Shown: positions 37,089-50,539 of the stretch, one piece after another
Position numbering within the stretch: the first letter of the stretch is position 1
How the letters are laid out: every line of letters begins with the position of its first letter
From: Balamuthia mandrillaris
Taxonomy: Eukaryota
Length of the DNA stretch: 64,000 bases
Direction of reading: 5' to 3'
NCBI GenBank assembly: GCA_031835245.2
Contig: JAVKOQ020000053.1
Location: 1 to 64,000, forward strand
Translations under genes and position numbers: made by a program
Notes under the pieces: generated by a model
Database searches by the model: none
The model's input: the letters and a program-made list of their open reading frames with translations, nothing else
Told to the model about the DNA's origin: nothing

Positions 37089-38883
37089 TCACAAGGAGAA
37101 GCCTGAGACAAGACGGTCGGTGCGTCTCCTCAACGCCCCGTCCGAGTGGGACATCTTCAGCTGCACCTTTCTCTTCAGCTTGGCGGGGAGGGAGGTCCAG
37201 CCAGCGTCCCTCACCTCCGACTTTTCTCCATCCCTCTCCGCGATGGCCGCCACTTGCTTCACCCGCCCTACCCTCTTGTTGCTGTACTCCTGCAAGGCTT
37301 CTCTGATGGGGGAAGAAGAGGAGGAAGAGGAAGCGAGCGAGGAGGCTAAGGTCCAGGCGTCCTCGATGTCCAGGGCGGTGTCTTGTTGGGGGAAGGGAGC
37401 GATTTTGTGGGCGGCGTTGGCGATGAGGGCGGTGTTGCCGGTGAAGAAGGAGGGCATCACGAGGTCGATGGGATAGTCCACCCACAGCTTTTGGGATGTC
37501 TGGGAACAAAAAGCCCCAACCATGACATTGGTGAGAAGAATAAGCAGGGCGGTAGTGTAAGAGAGAAAAGAGGAAGAGAGAGAGAGAGAGAGAGAGAGAA
37601 GAGGAGAGGGTACGGATTGAAAAGCTTTGATGACTTCAGGAGCGCCATAGGCTGTGAACCTAGGCCACTGGTCTTTGGGAAACATGATAGAGTCCTTCGT
37701 GCCGGAACGAAGCAGGCGGGTGTTGATGCCTAGTGGTGTCGGTAAAGCCTGCGCCCACACGTACACCTCCTTCTTTGAAACTGGAATCATGCCAATGCGG
37801 CCAGGTGTTCCCCTTTTACGTGTTGTTGTTGAGCAAACACAACAAAAAAGCAGTGAACAAGAACGAAAGAAATGATAACATACAGCAGCTCAACGGCATA
37901 ATTGTCCGGCAGTTCAACGGGACGAGGCAGTATAGCAGACCATATGGCGTAGTTGTAATGCTTCACCGTGTTCTTCTTGTTGGTGTACCATGTCCTCAAC
38001 GATGGAAGCATTTCCTATGTCATAAACAAAAATGAAGAAACAAATACCAAAAATTGTACAAAGTAAGTACGGAGTCTTTCAAGCGAAGAAAGGCGGCTTA
38101 CCTCCGCAGTGAGAACATCAGCACCAACGACTACATCATACTCTTTGGTGGGCCTCCCTTCTGTAAATCTGCACGTAACTTTTTGCGTTTGTTCATCTGT
38201 TACCATGCTGGATACCGCTCCTGCTCACGCCAAACAGAGTCAGCAAACAGATCCTCCAGAAGAGAGAAACGTGATAACCTTTTGATACCATCGACTTCGT
38301 TACCAAAGAAGGATGCTTTGCGGTACGCTTTCTCAGTGCTTGATTCAGGATCTACTTAGTGAAGAAAAGTGGGAGTCTTTCATGATTAGAAGCAGAGAAG
38401 AGAACGAAGAAAGAGGAGAAAGAAAGATTGAGAAGAGAGAAGGTAAGGAGCGTATAACTTGAATGAGATCCGAAGTGCGAATGCCAATGTTAGGAATGTT
38501 ATTATACCGTTGTGAGAGATCGCCATAGGGTATTCTACCCAGAGTATCTCCATTAGCCATCGCATGCACCAACTTGTCCACTCTGCAACCTGTTTGGAAG
38601 AATGCACTTGTTTAAATCTACAAGAGAAAGAAAAAATAGCACGCAAAAGAAGAAGAAGAACAAGAAGAACAAGAAGAAGAAGAAGAAGAGAAGACGATGA
38701 AGCAGACGAAGAAGGAGAGCAAGAGTAACAATACGATGAAGAAGAGAAAGAAAGAGTAAGATATTGGAAGGAGAGTGAAAGAAATACCCTGAGCTTCTAT
38801 TTCCTCACGCAAGCCAAGCTTTTCCATGACCCGCATAGCATTGATCGGGAGAAAGGAGCCCATTGCTATCACCACAAAGAGTG

Positions 38884-38926
<43 letters not shown>

Positions 38927-39370
38927 AGTTGACAAACAGAAAAACAAACAAAAGCAAAAGGAGCGAACCAGCGAAGCGTTCCGGATTGGTGTGATGCTGA
39001 ACGATTTCCGAAGCGATGCCATGTTCTTTGAGGCAAAGGGCTTTTTTATTGCATTGAAGTGGTCAAGTGAGTGAGTGTCCTTCCTCCAACGACCAAAAAA
39101 AAAAAAGAGAAGAAAAGGAAGTTCACCAAGAGTCAGGGCCGCCACATTCGAGCCAGCGATCAGCACGGTCGGTTTGGCCGGGTCATCGGCCGCGGAGGAG
39201 GAGGAGGAGGGAGGAGTCGCGCTGGAAAAAAGACGAGCGGAAGACAACAGGGCGAAAGAGGGTTGTTGGTTCTGCAGCGCAGCGAGCGCTCCACCACCGG
39301 GCCGTCCCGCCAACGGCGAAAAGCGGGCAGCGAGCTGCACGCTCACCGACGAGACTCCTCTTCTCTTCAT
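37089..39370 (-). CDS. FAD-dependent monooxygenase-like protein (salicylate hydroxylase/UbiH fold) with mitochondrial-type presequence and degenerate motifs
   Basis: VLIAGSNVAALT, NAMRVMEKLGL, YDVVVGAD, LIANAAH...ALDIEDAWTLA, EALQEYSNKR. Confidence 0.8.
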
Positions 39371-39617
39371 TTTTTTTTCTTCTCTTTTCTTTTAGGGTGT
39401 AAAAATGATGGTGATGAATGGGAGTCGAACCGTCGATCCCATCGGGGAGAGACTTGGAAGGGGCTCTCCCTTTCCGCCAAAAAGTCGACAGAGTTCCTGC
39501 AGGAGTGTTAGACATTATTTGCCCTGCCTAGGAGAATGGCGGATAAGCTCAACGAAACGGTGCGGCGGAGAGCTCCGTTTGGCCTGTTAGGGCAGAAAAA
39601 GGAGGGAAAGGGAGAAG

Positions 39618-42560
39618 ATGGGGAACCTGCCATCCTGCCAGCTGGAGCTCGATGGCTTTGACGTCAACGCACCGACCCCGGTGGACAAATCACAGCACGA
39701 TGAGCTGGAAAAGGGTACCCTGCTCCTCTCCGCCTGAGGCAAAACCTCGTTCGTTCTCAATATAACAGTCAAATGCAGGAAAGAAGAATGGCAACGTCGC
39801 TTTCTTCCTGAACAAACTTACCCAGGTGCCGGTCCAGCTCTTCACCGACGTTCCTCAGCTCTCCTCCCTCAACCTCTCCGTCAATTTCCTGCGGTATCTT
39901 CCGCCTCCACTCTTCGAGATGCAAGCTTTGGAGACGCTAGACATCAGCTGCAACGAGATCGAACAGATAAGCTCCAACATCTCTCGGCTGCAGGCCCTCC
40001 GGTCCTTAGAGATGAGGCATAACGAGATAGCCTATCTTCCGGCTGCCTTTGGGCAGCTCACCAACCTGGACAAGCTCAACATGGAGTACAATCACTTGGT
40101 GGAGCTGCCCAATACGTTTAGTGGCTTGGTCTGCCTGCAACAGCTTAAAGTGGCACACAATGAGCTGTTGAGCTTGCCTGAGATGAGCCCCAACTTGACG
40201 TACTTGGATGCTTCCTTCAATCGGTAGGTTTTACTCGGTAGTCTTTTTTTTGTATCTAGCTTGTTAACTTTGAAGAGGAAACAGGTTGATAGAAGCCCCG
40301 GTGTCCAGAGGGAACTTCGAATACTTGCAAGAGCTACACCTTCATCACAATCAGATAGTTGACCTGTCCCTCCTTGGTCAATCTCTTATTCATTCAAAGG
40401 TCTCCTCTTTCTCCTCTCCTCCTCCTGCTTCTCCTTCGTGTAACGTATGTACACAAAACATAGACAAAAGGCAACCTTACCAAAGTATCATTGCAATGCA
40501 ATCGTCTAAACGAACTGCCGGACGTCATAGGTCATCTGCCCAACCTCACCGAGCTGGACATACGCGAGAACCAACTCACCAAAGTGCCAAACTCCCTCTC
40601 TCAGCTCTCCTCCCTTAAGAAGCTCCTCCTGGCCAGCAACAAGATAGCCCGCCTGCCAGATGACTTCTTCACAGCGGATGGCCTGCCTAACCTCGTCACG
40701 TTGAACCTGGGAGATAATCAGTTGGAGACTTTGCCGCCGGGCATTCAACACCTGACTGCCTTGCGAGAGCTCATGCTTGGAGGTTGCTTTCTATTCCTCC
40801 GCCTTTTGAGTTGTTCTTTCTTATGTTTTATTTTAAAGCGAGTGTTAACAATACTTGCATGGTTGAAAATATAGGAAACAAGTTTACGGAAGTACCAGCT
40901 GGCATCACGAGAGCAACTGCCTTGACAACTCTTTACTTGGGCTGGAACAGGATCAGCAGGGTGGACCCTTCCATCGGAGCCATGAAAAAGTTGTCCGTGC
41001 TGTTCCTGCAAGGTAACCGCATTAAGGAGCTGCCCGCTGAGTTGGCAAACTGCAAGGCCTTGAAGAAGCTCTACCTCGCCAACAATGCCTTCACCAGGTT
41101 TCCTGAGGTGATACCTGACATTAGGAGTATGCTTTCCTCTTCTCCCGTCCTCCCTGCAATTCGCACTTACTGTTGTTTCTTCTGTTGAAGCATTGGAGAC
41201 AGTAGATCTACGAATGAACGGTATTAAGGAGTTGGCCGAAGACATGCGGTCCATGAACTTCATCGAATACATCGACCTCCAGAACAATCCCTTGCCGTCA
41301 GTGCCAAAGAGGGATGAAGAAGGAGCAGAGAACGGGGAAGAGAGGAAGGAGCGCGCCGTTAAACTGCCCAAGGCGTGGGTAGACAGACAGCACCTTAAGC
41401 ACCTCTCCGTTGTTGTTGGCAAAGGCATGCACAGCGGAGGAGGCATCCTCGTGGCTGAGGCCGAAATGCAAGGCAAGAGGTGGAACATGGAGGACGTCAT
41501 CGTTACTGACTGTTGTTTTGGCGGCGGTGGGTACTTTGCTGTGTTTGATGGCCATGGCGGAGGACAGGTGCTTTCTCGTCTCTTTCTTGTTTTCGTCCTC
41601 ATGGTAGCTGACCTTCGATGCAAAAACAAAAAGTCGTCAGAGTACGCTTCGAAGAATCATCCAGCTATTCTGAAAGAAAGGCTGGATGCCATCAAAGCAC
41701 AAGGTGTCTGTCATGCAGATGAAGCTGAAACAGAACTGGTTGTGAATGCCATCCGCGAGTCCTTTGCGCAATGCAGCGCAGGCATGACTACCGGGATCAT
41801 TCGAGACAGCGGCACGACATCTGTGCTCTCGTTGAGATGGGGCGACTTCCTTTATACTGCCAACGTCGGAGACAGCAGGGCCGTTGCTTGGCGAGGCGGT
41901 AAGGCCATTCGTCTGTCTGTTGATCATAAACCTGATCTCCCTTCTGAAGAAGTACGCTTTTGTTTTGTTTTTTCGTCTCTGCTATTCCCTAAATAGAAGC
42001 TAACATTCGCTCTCTTTCTCCCTCATTCGTTGGTTGGACACGAGAAGAAGCGAATTCGGTACTTGAACGGTTTTGTGAGTGCGAGTGGAAGAGTGTTCGG
42101 CACGTTGGGCGTATCCAGAGCAATGGGAGACCTGGCACTGCAAGGGTACGGCGTGACCGCTGATCCCTACATAAACGTGCTGCCAGTCGATTTGTCCTTG
42201 CAGTTTGTAATATTGGCTTGCGATGGTGTGTGGGATGTGATGTCCGATGAAACGGCTTGTGAGCTCGTTGCTTCGGAGCTGGAAGCAAAGCCGAGAAGGT
42301 CTTCTTCCGTTTCTTTCTCTCCTTCTGCGTTGAGTAACAGCGGCAGTGGGAGTAGAGTGGAAGGTCACGAAGCAATGTTGGAGATGGAAGATAGTGAAGA
42401 TGGAACGGAAGGCGACGAGCAGAAACGAGTGCAGGAAGAGACGGAAGAGGAGGCGCGGTTGTTGAGGGCTTGCATGAAAGTGAGGGACTATGCCTACCTC
42501 TTTGGAAGTGAGGACAATATCAGTGTTGTTGTGGTCAAGTTCTCTGCATCAGGGGAGTAA
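39618..42560 (+). CDS. Leucine-rich repeat + PP2C protein phosphatase; possible N-myristoylation (MGNLPS)
   Basis: Many LxxLxLxxNxL repeats; GKRWNMED, VFDGHGG, ANVGDSRAV, DHKP, SRAMGD, LACDGVWD, EDNISV. Confidence 0.93.
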
Positions 42561-42725
42561 AGGGAAGCTGAAGGGGATACACGGGGTAGAGACTTGCTTG
42601 CTATAGACACAAGGGGAAAAAAGGCAAAGAATCGCGTATGCTAAATAAACAAATTCATTCATTGCTTGTTATATAGGTCTCTTCTCTTAGTGAAAATATT
42701 CGTGTCAACTAACTTCTTCTGACAA

Positions 42726-42768
<43 letters not shown>

Positions 42769-42859
42769 GTACCACAAAAAAAAGTATGGACAAGTGGATG
42801 ATTGGGTTGTTGCCTTAAGAGAGCACTTCTCTTGAAAACAACAAAACAGGTATCGAAGG

Positions 42860-44586
42860 TTACTTGGAAGAAGAAGTTGCAGTTAACGGTGTTACTTTGG
42901 GCGTGGGAGTTCTGGGCGAAGAAGACAAAAGAGGGCTCTGGCCATAACTGCTTCGTAGTTGAAGGTCCGAAGTTCGAGCTTTATGCTTCATCGCTCTCTT
43001 TACCAGCTCCTGGCCTGCAGCAGAAAGCTTAGGTGTCATCGCGCTTGGGCTCGTCATCCGCAACGGAGTGCCGGTTCTCCTTGGAGATGGTGACGCACCA
43101 GCAAACAATGGGGTTCTTTGGGGTGTTGTTGCTGTGCCAGCCCCATGTCTACTCGGTGTTCTCATTGGAGAACGAAGACTGCTCGCTTTAGATGGTTTGT
43201 TTCTCTTAAGCATCTCCTTGCTGGCTGACTCGGCCAGTTTCATCGCCAGCTTCTCTCGTGGGCTCTCCTCCTTCACTTCAAATTGAGGACCTCCTCGAGC
43301 TTCCCTCGCGGAGGAAATGTCTACAGGGAGGTCATCCAGCTCGCCAAGCAACAAGGGTGTGCCCTCGATGCTGCCCCACGTCATGAACGGAGATTCTCCA
43401 CCATCTCTTCCGGGTGCTGGAGAGGGAGTCACCACGAAGCCATAGCCATTGACACGAGGAGAGTCAGAGGGTGCCATTCTTCTTCGGGAAGCGCGCAAGT
43501 CGTCCAAGTCGAAAGATTGTATGTTCTCTCGATTCATTCTAGCAAGGCCGAGGAGGTCTCCTTCTTGAGGGAGAGCCTGCCATTGAGAGTCCTGCGATGA
43601 AGATGATGGTTTCTGTTGGGGGGTGGTAGTCTTGGGTTTTCGTTGTCGTGGAAGGCGGGTGTTGCTGTGATCAATGATCTTTTGCTCGCTCAAAAGCAAT
43701 TGCTCCTCTTCTTTGGCGGTGAGGGGGGCTCCTTCTGGTTGGTACATCAGAGCGTTTTTCGCCTAAGAAGGAGTCAACAAATGATTCTCTCGACAAAGAA
43801 AGAGAAGAGGAAAGAAGTACTCACTTTGTAATTGCGCATGGTAAGCAGAGCAGGACGAGCGTTTGACGAACTTCCTCCCTCAAGCAAGAGCATGCCTCCC
43901 TCCGTCTTCACCTCGCTTTTATACAACCAATGGTACTTCTCCTTCTTCCTCTCGTTCATCTTGTCCACAATCTCTGAGAAGGAGGCGTTGTCCTCGCTGG
44001 TGTAGGTCGCCAGAAACTTGTCTAACGTGAGCGACGTCTTCACCACCACCTCCTTTCCCTCCGCATCAAACCCCACCACTTCTTCATGTCCTTCGCTTTC
44101 TCCTCCACCTCCACCAAGCGCTGAAGAGGAAGGAGTGGAAGACGAGGAAGAGACGGCGGAAGAGGTGTGTTGAGGCGTCTCAAAGCCAGACATGGCGGCA
44201 AAGGGAGTGTGCGCTCCCGTTCCTTCTCTTCGCATGGAGCTGAACTGGGCGAGCTTGAGCTTAACCTCTTGGAACTTGGCCAGGTCGTGGCTCTCTTGCG
44301 CCTCCATCAGTTCCTGTTGCAGGCGCAGCTTGGGGAGGTCCGGAAAGAAGTCACGTTGAATGATGTCCTCGAGGGCCTCCACGTAGGTCTCCTCTTCCAA
44401 GACCTTGGGCTTCTTCTTGCGGGCGGGCAAAGTGGGAGATTTGAAGGTGGCGGAGGAAGAAGCCTCCACGAGGGCCTTGCTGGCAGCGGATGATGCTGCA
44501 AGGGCAGAAGATTCTTCTGGCTGTTTCCTCTTGGCTCTATCACCACTGACCACAAAGGTCTCGCGTCGTTCAGGATCGTCCTCCAT
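42860..44586 (-). CDS. ESS2: Splicing factor ESS2/DGCR14 (ES2 family)
   Basis: VLEEETYVEALEDIIQRDFFPDL, LDKFLATYTSEDNASF, SPRVNGYGFV.TPSP, SPFMTWGSIEGTP, DLQLRSSY. Confidence 0.93.
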
Positions 44587-45752
44587 GTGTCAGCAGCTGT
44601 TGTTCTCTTTTTTTTTCTTATCCGCTTCACCTTTCTTTACTTTACTTCTGCGCTGCGGGGTGAGGTGAGCACCTTTGCTGCACCAATTCCTCTCCCATAA
44701 TCAGGTGGCCCCGGTGGGGAGGGTATAAATTTTTCAGGGAAACAAACAAAAAAATTTGTCTTTGTTAAACCTTAGACTGCAACTTCATTTATTTGATACA
44801 ATGGCAGTGGTGACGATACATTTTGCTGATGTCTCCCAGGTTTTCTCCATTGTCGGCTGAGGGCTTGCAGTCTGTTCATTGAGCCGCGGCCTCGCCCTTC
44901 TTTCGAGGGGCTGAGAAAGTGGTTCTGAGCTTGGCTGTTCCTCATGTTGGCTTGGGGAGTGTACCTGAAACGGTAGAGATAGCTGAGCTGCCCTTTCATT
45001 TTTAATTGTAAAGAAAAAAGAAAAATCGTAAGTTTGCGTTTACGGAATGTGGATATCTGTCCGGCAATAAACTTTTGTATTCCTCCATTTTTCCACTTTT
45101 TAATTGTCTACAGTTCTGAACAGTTCTTTGCAGGTTTGTTGCACTTATCGTCGCTACACAAATCTACTTTGATAAAATGGACAAGAACCATCAGGATACC
45201 GATTTTACGGGGCTGGTGGTACGGCATTGTTCTCCCGTTGTAACGCAGATCCTCTAATTTCCCCTTTTGAGGGCAATTGCGCAACGGTTCGTTCTCTGCT
45301 CCGTTTACCAATTTCGGGCCGTTTCCGTCGACATTTTCCATGCAAGGAAAATCTGCACCGCGTTTGGTAAACAACGCACCGCTCGCTGCGTGGTGTTTTG
45401 GAGCGGTGCCTCTTCCCGCCACTAAAAGGTCGCAGCGTGGGAGAGAGAGTGTTCTTTATTTTCCCCCAACAAACAAAATAGAGCCACTATCGGGCTACTA
45501 GTTTTTCTTTCAGCGTCCCTTGCTGCCAAAACAAAAAAAAAAAAAAAGCGAGCCTTTCTGCACTGCAGCACAAGGTCCAGAATAAAGCATATAGCAGCAG
45601 AGCAAGCACCCCTTGTACAAAAACTCACAAAAGAGGGAGCTTGCACTCGTCCTCTCGTTTTTTCTTTTTGTTTTTCTTTAGCGCACCTCCTTCGTTCGGC
45701 TCTTCTTCCCGGTTCTTTTTTTTTTACATTCCTCGACCGGTGGTGGACAACA

Positions 45753-46417
45753 ATGACCTCGAAGTCGGACAAAATAACGCCCGCGGTGGACAAAGCCAAG
45801 GTCAAGGCCTTTGAGGAGCTGGCCCTCAAGTTGTGGCAGAAGGGCAGCACAGACCTGGAGCGCCGCGCCTTCCTGCTCTGCCTGCGGCTCATCCAAACGC
45901 CGCAGAACGACCTCTGCCAGCTGTGGATCAGCCAGTACCTCACAGTGCAGAAGAGCCCGCTGCCGGCCGCCCAGAAGACCGCGCTCACCGAGTCCCTCTT
46001 TGCCTTCCTCCGGCTGTGGGTCAGAGAATATTATTTCACTACCCCTTCTCAGGTTTGTTTTTCCCCCTTCACTTCGACCCTTTTTTCCCCCCTCACCTCC
46101 GATGAACTGATCCGATTGGTTTGTCTGTGCGTTCACCAACACAACAGAGGCAACAAATCAAGTCGTTTTTGCAAAAACAAAGAGAAGAGAAAGTTTCGCT
46201 CCCGCCCGAGATCATCAATTCCTTCAAGCTGTTGGTGCTTCGCAGCGAGACCCAGAAGAAGAACCCCTCCAAGCTGGTGGGCAACCCTGGCGGCAGCCCC
46301 GCCTCCCTCCTTCCTGTGGCCCAGAGCTCCCCCAACCTTGCTCCCAAAGCCGCCGTTGAGGCCGAGCAAGAAATACAGGACTTTATGGCCATTCCTTCTC
46401 CTGTTCTCGTTCGGTTT

Positions 46418-46457
<40 letters not shown>

Positions 46458-49400
46458 GCGTTTGGTTTTCTTTAACTTTTCTCTCTCCACTGTTTATTTC
46501 GTTCTTTCTCCCCCATGTAGGGAATTGACGCTATATGACTTTGAACTGTTTCAAGGAGTGAAGTTGGGAGATTGGGTCCGTCTTGGGTCCTCCAGACGAG
46601 GGCCTAGCAACGTAGAGAAGCTCACTCTCCAATTCAACAAGATCAGTTTTTGGGTCGTGAGCGAAATTCTTCTCACCAAACACAGGAGAGAACAAGTCAA
46701 GTGAAGGTAAATATTTTTATTCTTAGTTCCTCTTTTGCTCTTGCTCACTATTTTTAAACAGGTTCTTTGCAAGTTCTTAAGATTAGCAAGTGGATGTCTG
46801 GATCTGCGCAACTTCAACAGCTTGATGGCCATCTTTGCAGGTCTGGGTCACCATTCCGTCCGCCGGCTCAAGATCGTTTGGGACATGCTCCCCGCTCGCT
46901 ACATGCAGGCATGGCAGGAACTGGAGGAGCTGATGAGTCCCATCGAGAACTTCAAGAACTACCGTGAGGTCCTTCGAGCCTCACCACTTCCGGTGATGCC
47001 CTACATTGGTGTCTTCTCCAGGGACTTGACGCTCATTCATGAGGGCAATAAGTGCTACTTGGACAATGGCGCTATAAACATGGAATTGTTGGAGTTAGTG
47101 CACGAGCGATTGAAGAGTATTTTTAGGTATCAGAACAATCCTATGATTGCGGAGGAGACATCTCCTGCGGTTGCTCATTACGTGCGCAACTTGGATCCTA
47201 TTTGGGATGAGGTTCATCTCTCTCTCTCTCTCTCTCTCGCTCTCTCTCCCTTGCTCTTCCTCTCTCAACGCTAATGTTTTGCGTGATGGGCTGTAGGAGG
47301 AACTTCATCGCCTATCTCTTAAATCCCAACCCAGTCTCTGGAAGAGCAGGTTAGTTCTTCTCCGTCTGGTTTTTAAAACCTTTTTTCTTACATATTTCTG
47401 TTCCATAAACTTACAAAAGGGATCGCTCCGAGTCCGACTTTAGTACTGATTCCGAGTCGCAGATATCATCTGATCGTTCTTCTGGTTCTGTTTCAGAGAC
47501 AGAGAGAGAGCTCTCGAGAGTGGCTCGGGGAGAACGGAGAAGAACAATGGATGATGACTCGACCTCTGGAAGCGAGTTGACCGAAGAGGATGAGAAAGAG
47601 GGTAAGTGGGATGAGGACGAGAAGAAGACAGCTGAAGAAATGAGGAAGCAAAAGAGAAAGAAACGCACCAAGGGGAGGAAGGTACGGACCACTGGGCCTC
47701 AGCAAAGTCAGAAGGGAGTAAGAGACGAAGGAGAAGAGGAGCCCCCGGCCAGAACGGTTCGCGTATCCTCCGACTTGATGTCTATCTTCACTCGGGCTGA
47801 GGATGACGTGGCTCGTTTGTTCGCCTCTTTGGCCCCCTCTCCAAAATGGGGAGAGATCACTCTGTTTGGCGATGACCGATACTTGATGTTGCGGGCTAGC
47901 TCGCTCTCTGCAGAGTTGGTGCCTTACTTTAGGGAAAACTTGGGATGGCTGCTGTTTGGAGGTTTGTTTCTCCTTCCTTCTCTCTCGTATTGACATATTA
48001 TTTATTTTCTTTTGTGTTTTTGTGTGTTTTTTTTTTTGTTGCAGTGGCGGAACGACCAGACTTTGTTTCCAATTTGCTTTATGATATGGGATGCTTTATG
48101 GGTCTCTCTGACTGCGAAAGCTTCAGGAAGAAGATGGGCTACCGTTTGAAACAGGATAACTCTGCTGTTGCTGCTGGTACGCATTGCCTTTGTAAAGAAT
48201 AATCTCCCTTTCAAAATTTTTAAATGTTCATTTCATACAGGAGCTATATCGTGCGCGTACAGTGGTTGGTTTGCTTCGGATCTCACCAGTGGCCTGCCGA
48301 TGGATCTTACGCAATCACCGGATGCCTTCCAGATGGAGCAGAAGTGCCTCAACAGCTTTGAGGCTGATAGCTGGTTGGCCAAGAAGGACGCACCGAGGCC
48401 AAACCGTGGTGTCTGCGTGCTGTCTTGTGGTTATTTGGCTGGGTGGTTGCGAAAGTGTCTTAGAATGGAAATTTGTGTCGTTGAAACTTCATGCAGAGCA
48501 AAGGGTAATATTCGCTGTTTCACCTTGCCTTTTCTTTGTCATTTGTTTCCATCAGTAAGAGTAACCTTAAAATGACCACAAAGGTGATGCGGAATGTAGA
48601 TTTACGATTGCTCACAAGTCAAGGATAGATAGCTTGCTTGAGACCCGCCATACAGCAACACCGCGCTATCTCTCCTCCCTATCCCATGTTACAGGCCGCG
48701 ATTGCATTGTTGATCACACGAAATCTGGTGGTGCGTAGTCTTGTACTTCTTTGGCATTCTCTTCGCTAACTCTGTTATCATTGTAAAGGTAAAAAGCGGC
48801 CACCGCTACCAGCCAAGGAAGTATCAGTGGGGGTCTACAGCATACAAGCTGCTCGTGCCAAACAAGTACTTTCCTGCTTTACACGCCCTACAAACACAAA
48901 TATGTTTGCTAACCGTATTATATTCTTTCGACCTTGCAGTTTGAGTCCTTGTTTGAAGCTAAGCATCACTTTAATCCTTCGGAGGGTGTTGTAAGGATTG
49001 GCAACGAGCGATACCTGCTTGTGCGGGCTCATTCTTTGACCGTTGACCTCTTTACTTATCTGAAAGGCATGTTCCCTGTGGAACAGGATGCCATTGCTGA
49101 CGCGAGAGCCGCTCATATTATCCATGGCGTCGGTAAAGCCATGGGCCGAGCCGACTTCACAAACTATGCCACTGCTCTCGAGTTTGAAAAGTTCGCTCTT
49201 TATTTCTCTACTTTCTCCTTATCTCCTTTTAACATTTCTCTCAAAACACTTTTTTCTTCCGAACGATAACAAACAGAGCCCCTGCTGCACAACTTATCAT
49301 CGGGCTGGGGGCTGTGCTTGCTAACCAGGGATGGGGCCGCATGGAGATGGACATGGCTCATGCCTGCTTCGAATACGAGGGCAAGAACAAGAACGCATTC

Positions 49401-49899
49401 TACCTCAAGTTCACCCTGCGCAATAGTGTTGAGGCTGCTCTGTGGTCCTCTAAGATCGAACAGAACAAGGTCGTGCAGGCCTTCCGCGCCAAGAAGGGCA
49501 AGCTGCCCACCAAGCATAAGCCCGGCGAACCCGTCCCTATCACCTCCTTATCTTCTCCTGCGTGTGTTATGTGCTCTGGTTTGTTTTTCGTCTTTCTTTT
49601 CTCAGCCTTCTCTCTGCGATTCCTTGTTCTAACTGCTTATACACATTACTATAGGATACACAACGGGTTACATTAGGCAATGCCTAGCTGGCGAGCACAA
49701 AGCAAAGGTGGGAGTGGTGGAGGTGTCTTGCAAGGCCTTGGGCCACAAGATGTGCGAGTTCATAGCCGCGCCTGTCAGCTGTATTCACACCGTCGTTGGC
49801 GATTACCTTCGAGAGGCTGGCAGAGAAGAAGACCTTCCCAACATGCGTCTCTTCCTTACCTACGACAGAGAGGATCACCACAAACCATTCTGGAAGTAA
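45753..49899 (+). CDS. RasGEF (REM + CDC25 domain) fused to two tandem XylR_N/V4R sensor domains
   Basis: FLRLWVREY; QFNKISFWVVSEIL; LRNFNSLMAIFAGL; NFKNYR; PYIGVFSRDL. Two repeats of G...G..RYL..RA.SL / G..MG.D / NS.EA / C...GY..G / E.SC.A.G...C.F. Confidence 0.85.
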
Positions 49900-50179
49900 G
49901 AAACAAAACTCAAAACAATCCACAACTATCCTAGCCTTTCTCACTAGATAGCACAAACTATCTTTTTTTTTTTACATATTATCTATTATTCATTTTCAAT
50001 GTTATATTTTTTTTAAAGTTTGTTTTGTTACAAGATCTCATCACCCTCATTTTGCCTTTGGCAATGCATTTTAACATTGTACAAGAAACATTTTTCTGGT
50101 TTGTAATAAAAACAAACAAGACAAGTGAAGAGAACGTTGGTTGTTATTGTGGCAAAAGAAATAAGAAGAAAAGGGTCCT

Positions 50180-50508
50180 TTAAAAGTCAGAGTGGCCATC
50201 TTGCTTGCCGGTGGCCCATTCGTGAAACTCGTCTATGAGGATGGGCCAGGAGCCCATTTCGTCGTAGCCCTCAAGGCTCGTTGGGTGAGTCAGTGTGAAG
50301 TCGTAGAATTGACGCCAGGTGTCCTTTGATATTGACTTGGTTGATTTTTCCTGAATATTTTGAAGATAAGAATTGTTGTTATTGGTGCGGAAAAGAGATT
50401 GAGGAAAAAGAGAGGAAAGATAGAGAGATAAGGAGAAAGTATTTCAGAGTGTAATTGTGTCCACATAAAATTCAGACATATGCTTGTCAAATTTGTTTGG
50501 CTCATCAT

Positions 50509-50539
<31 letters not shown>

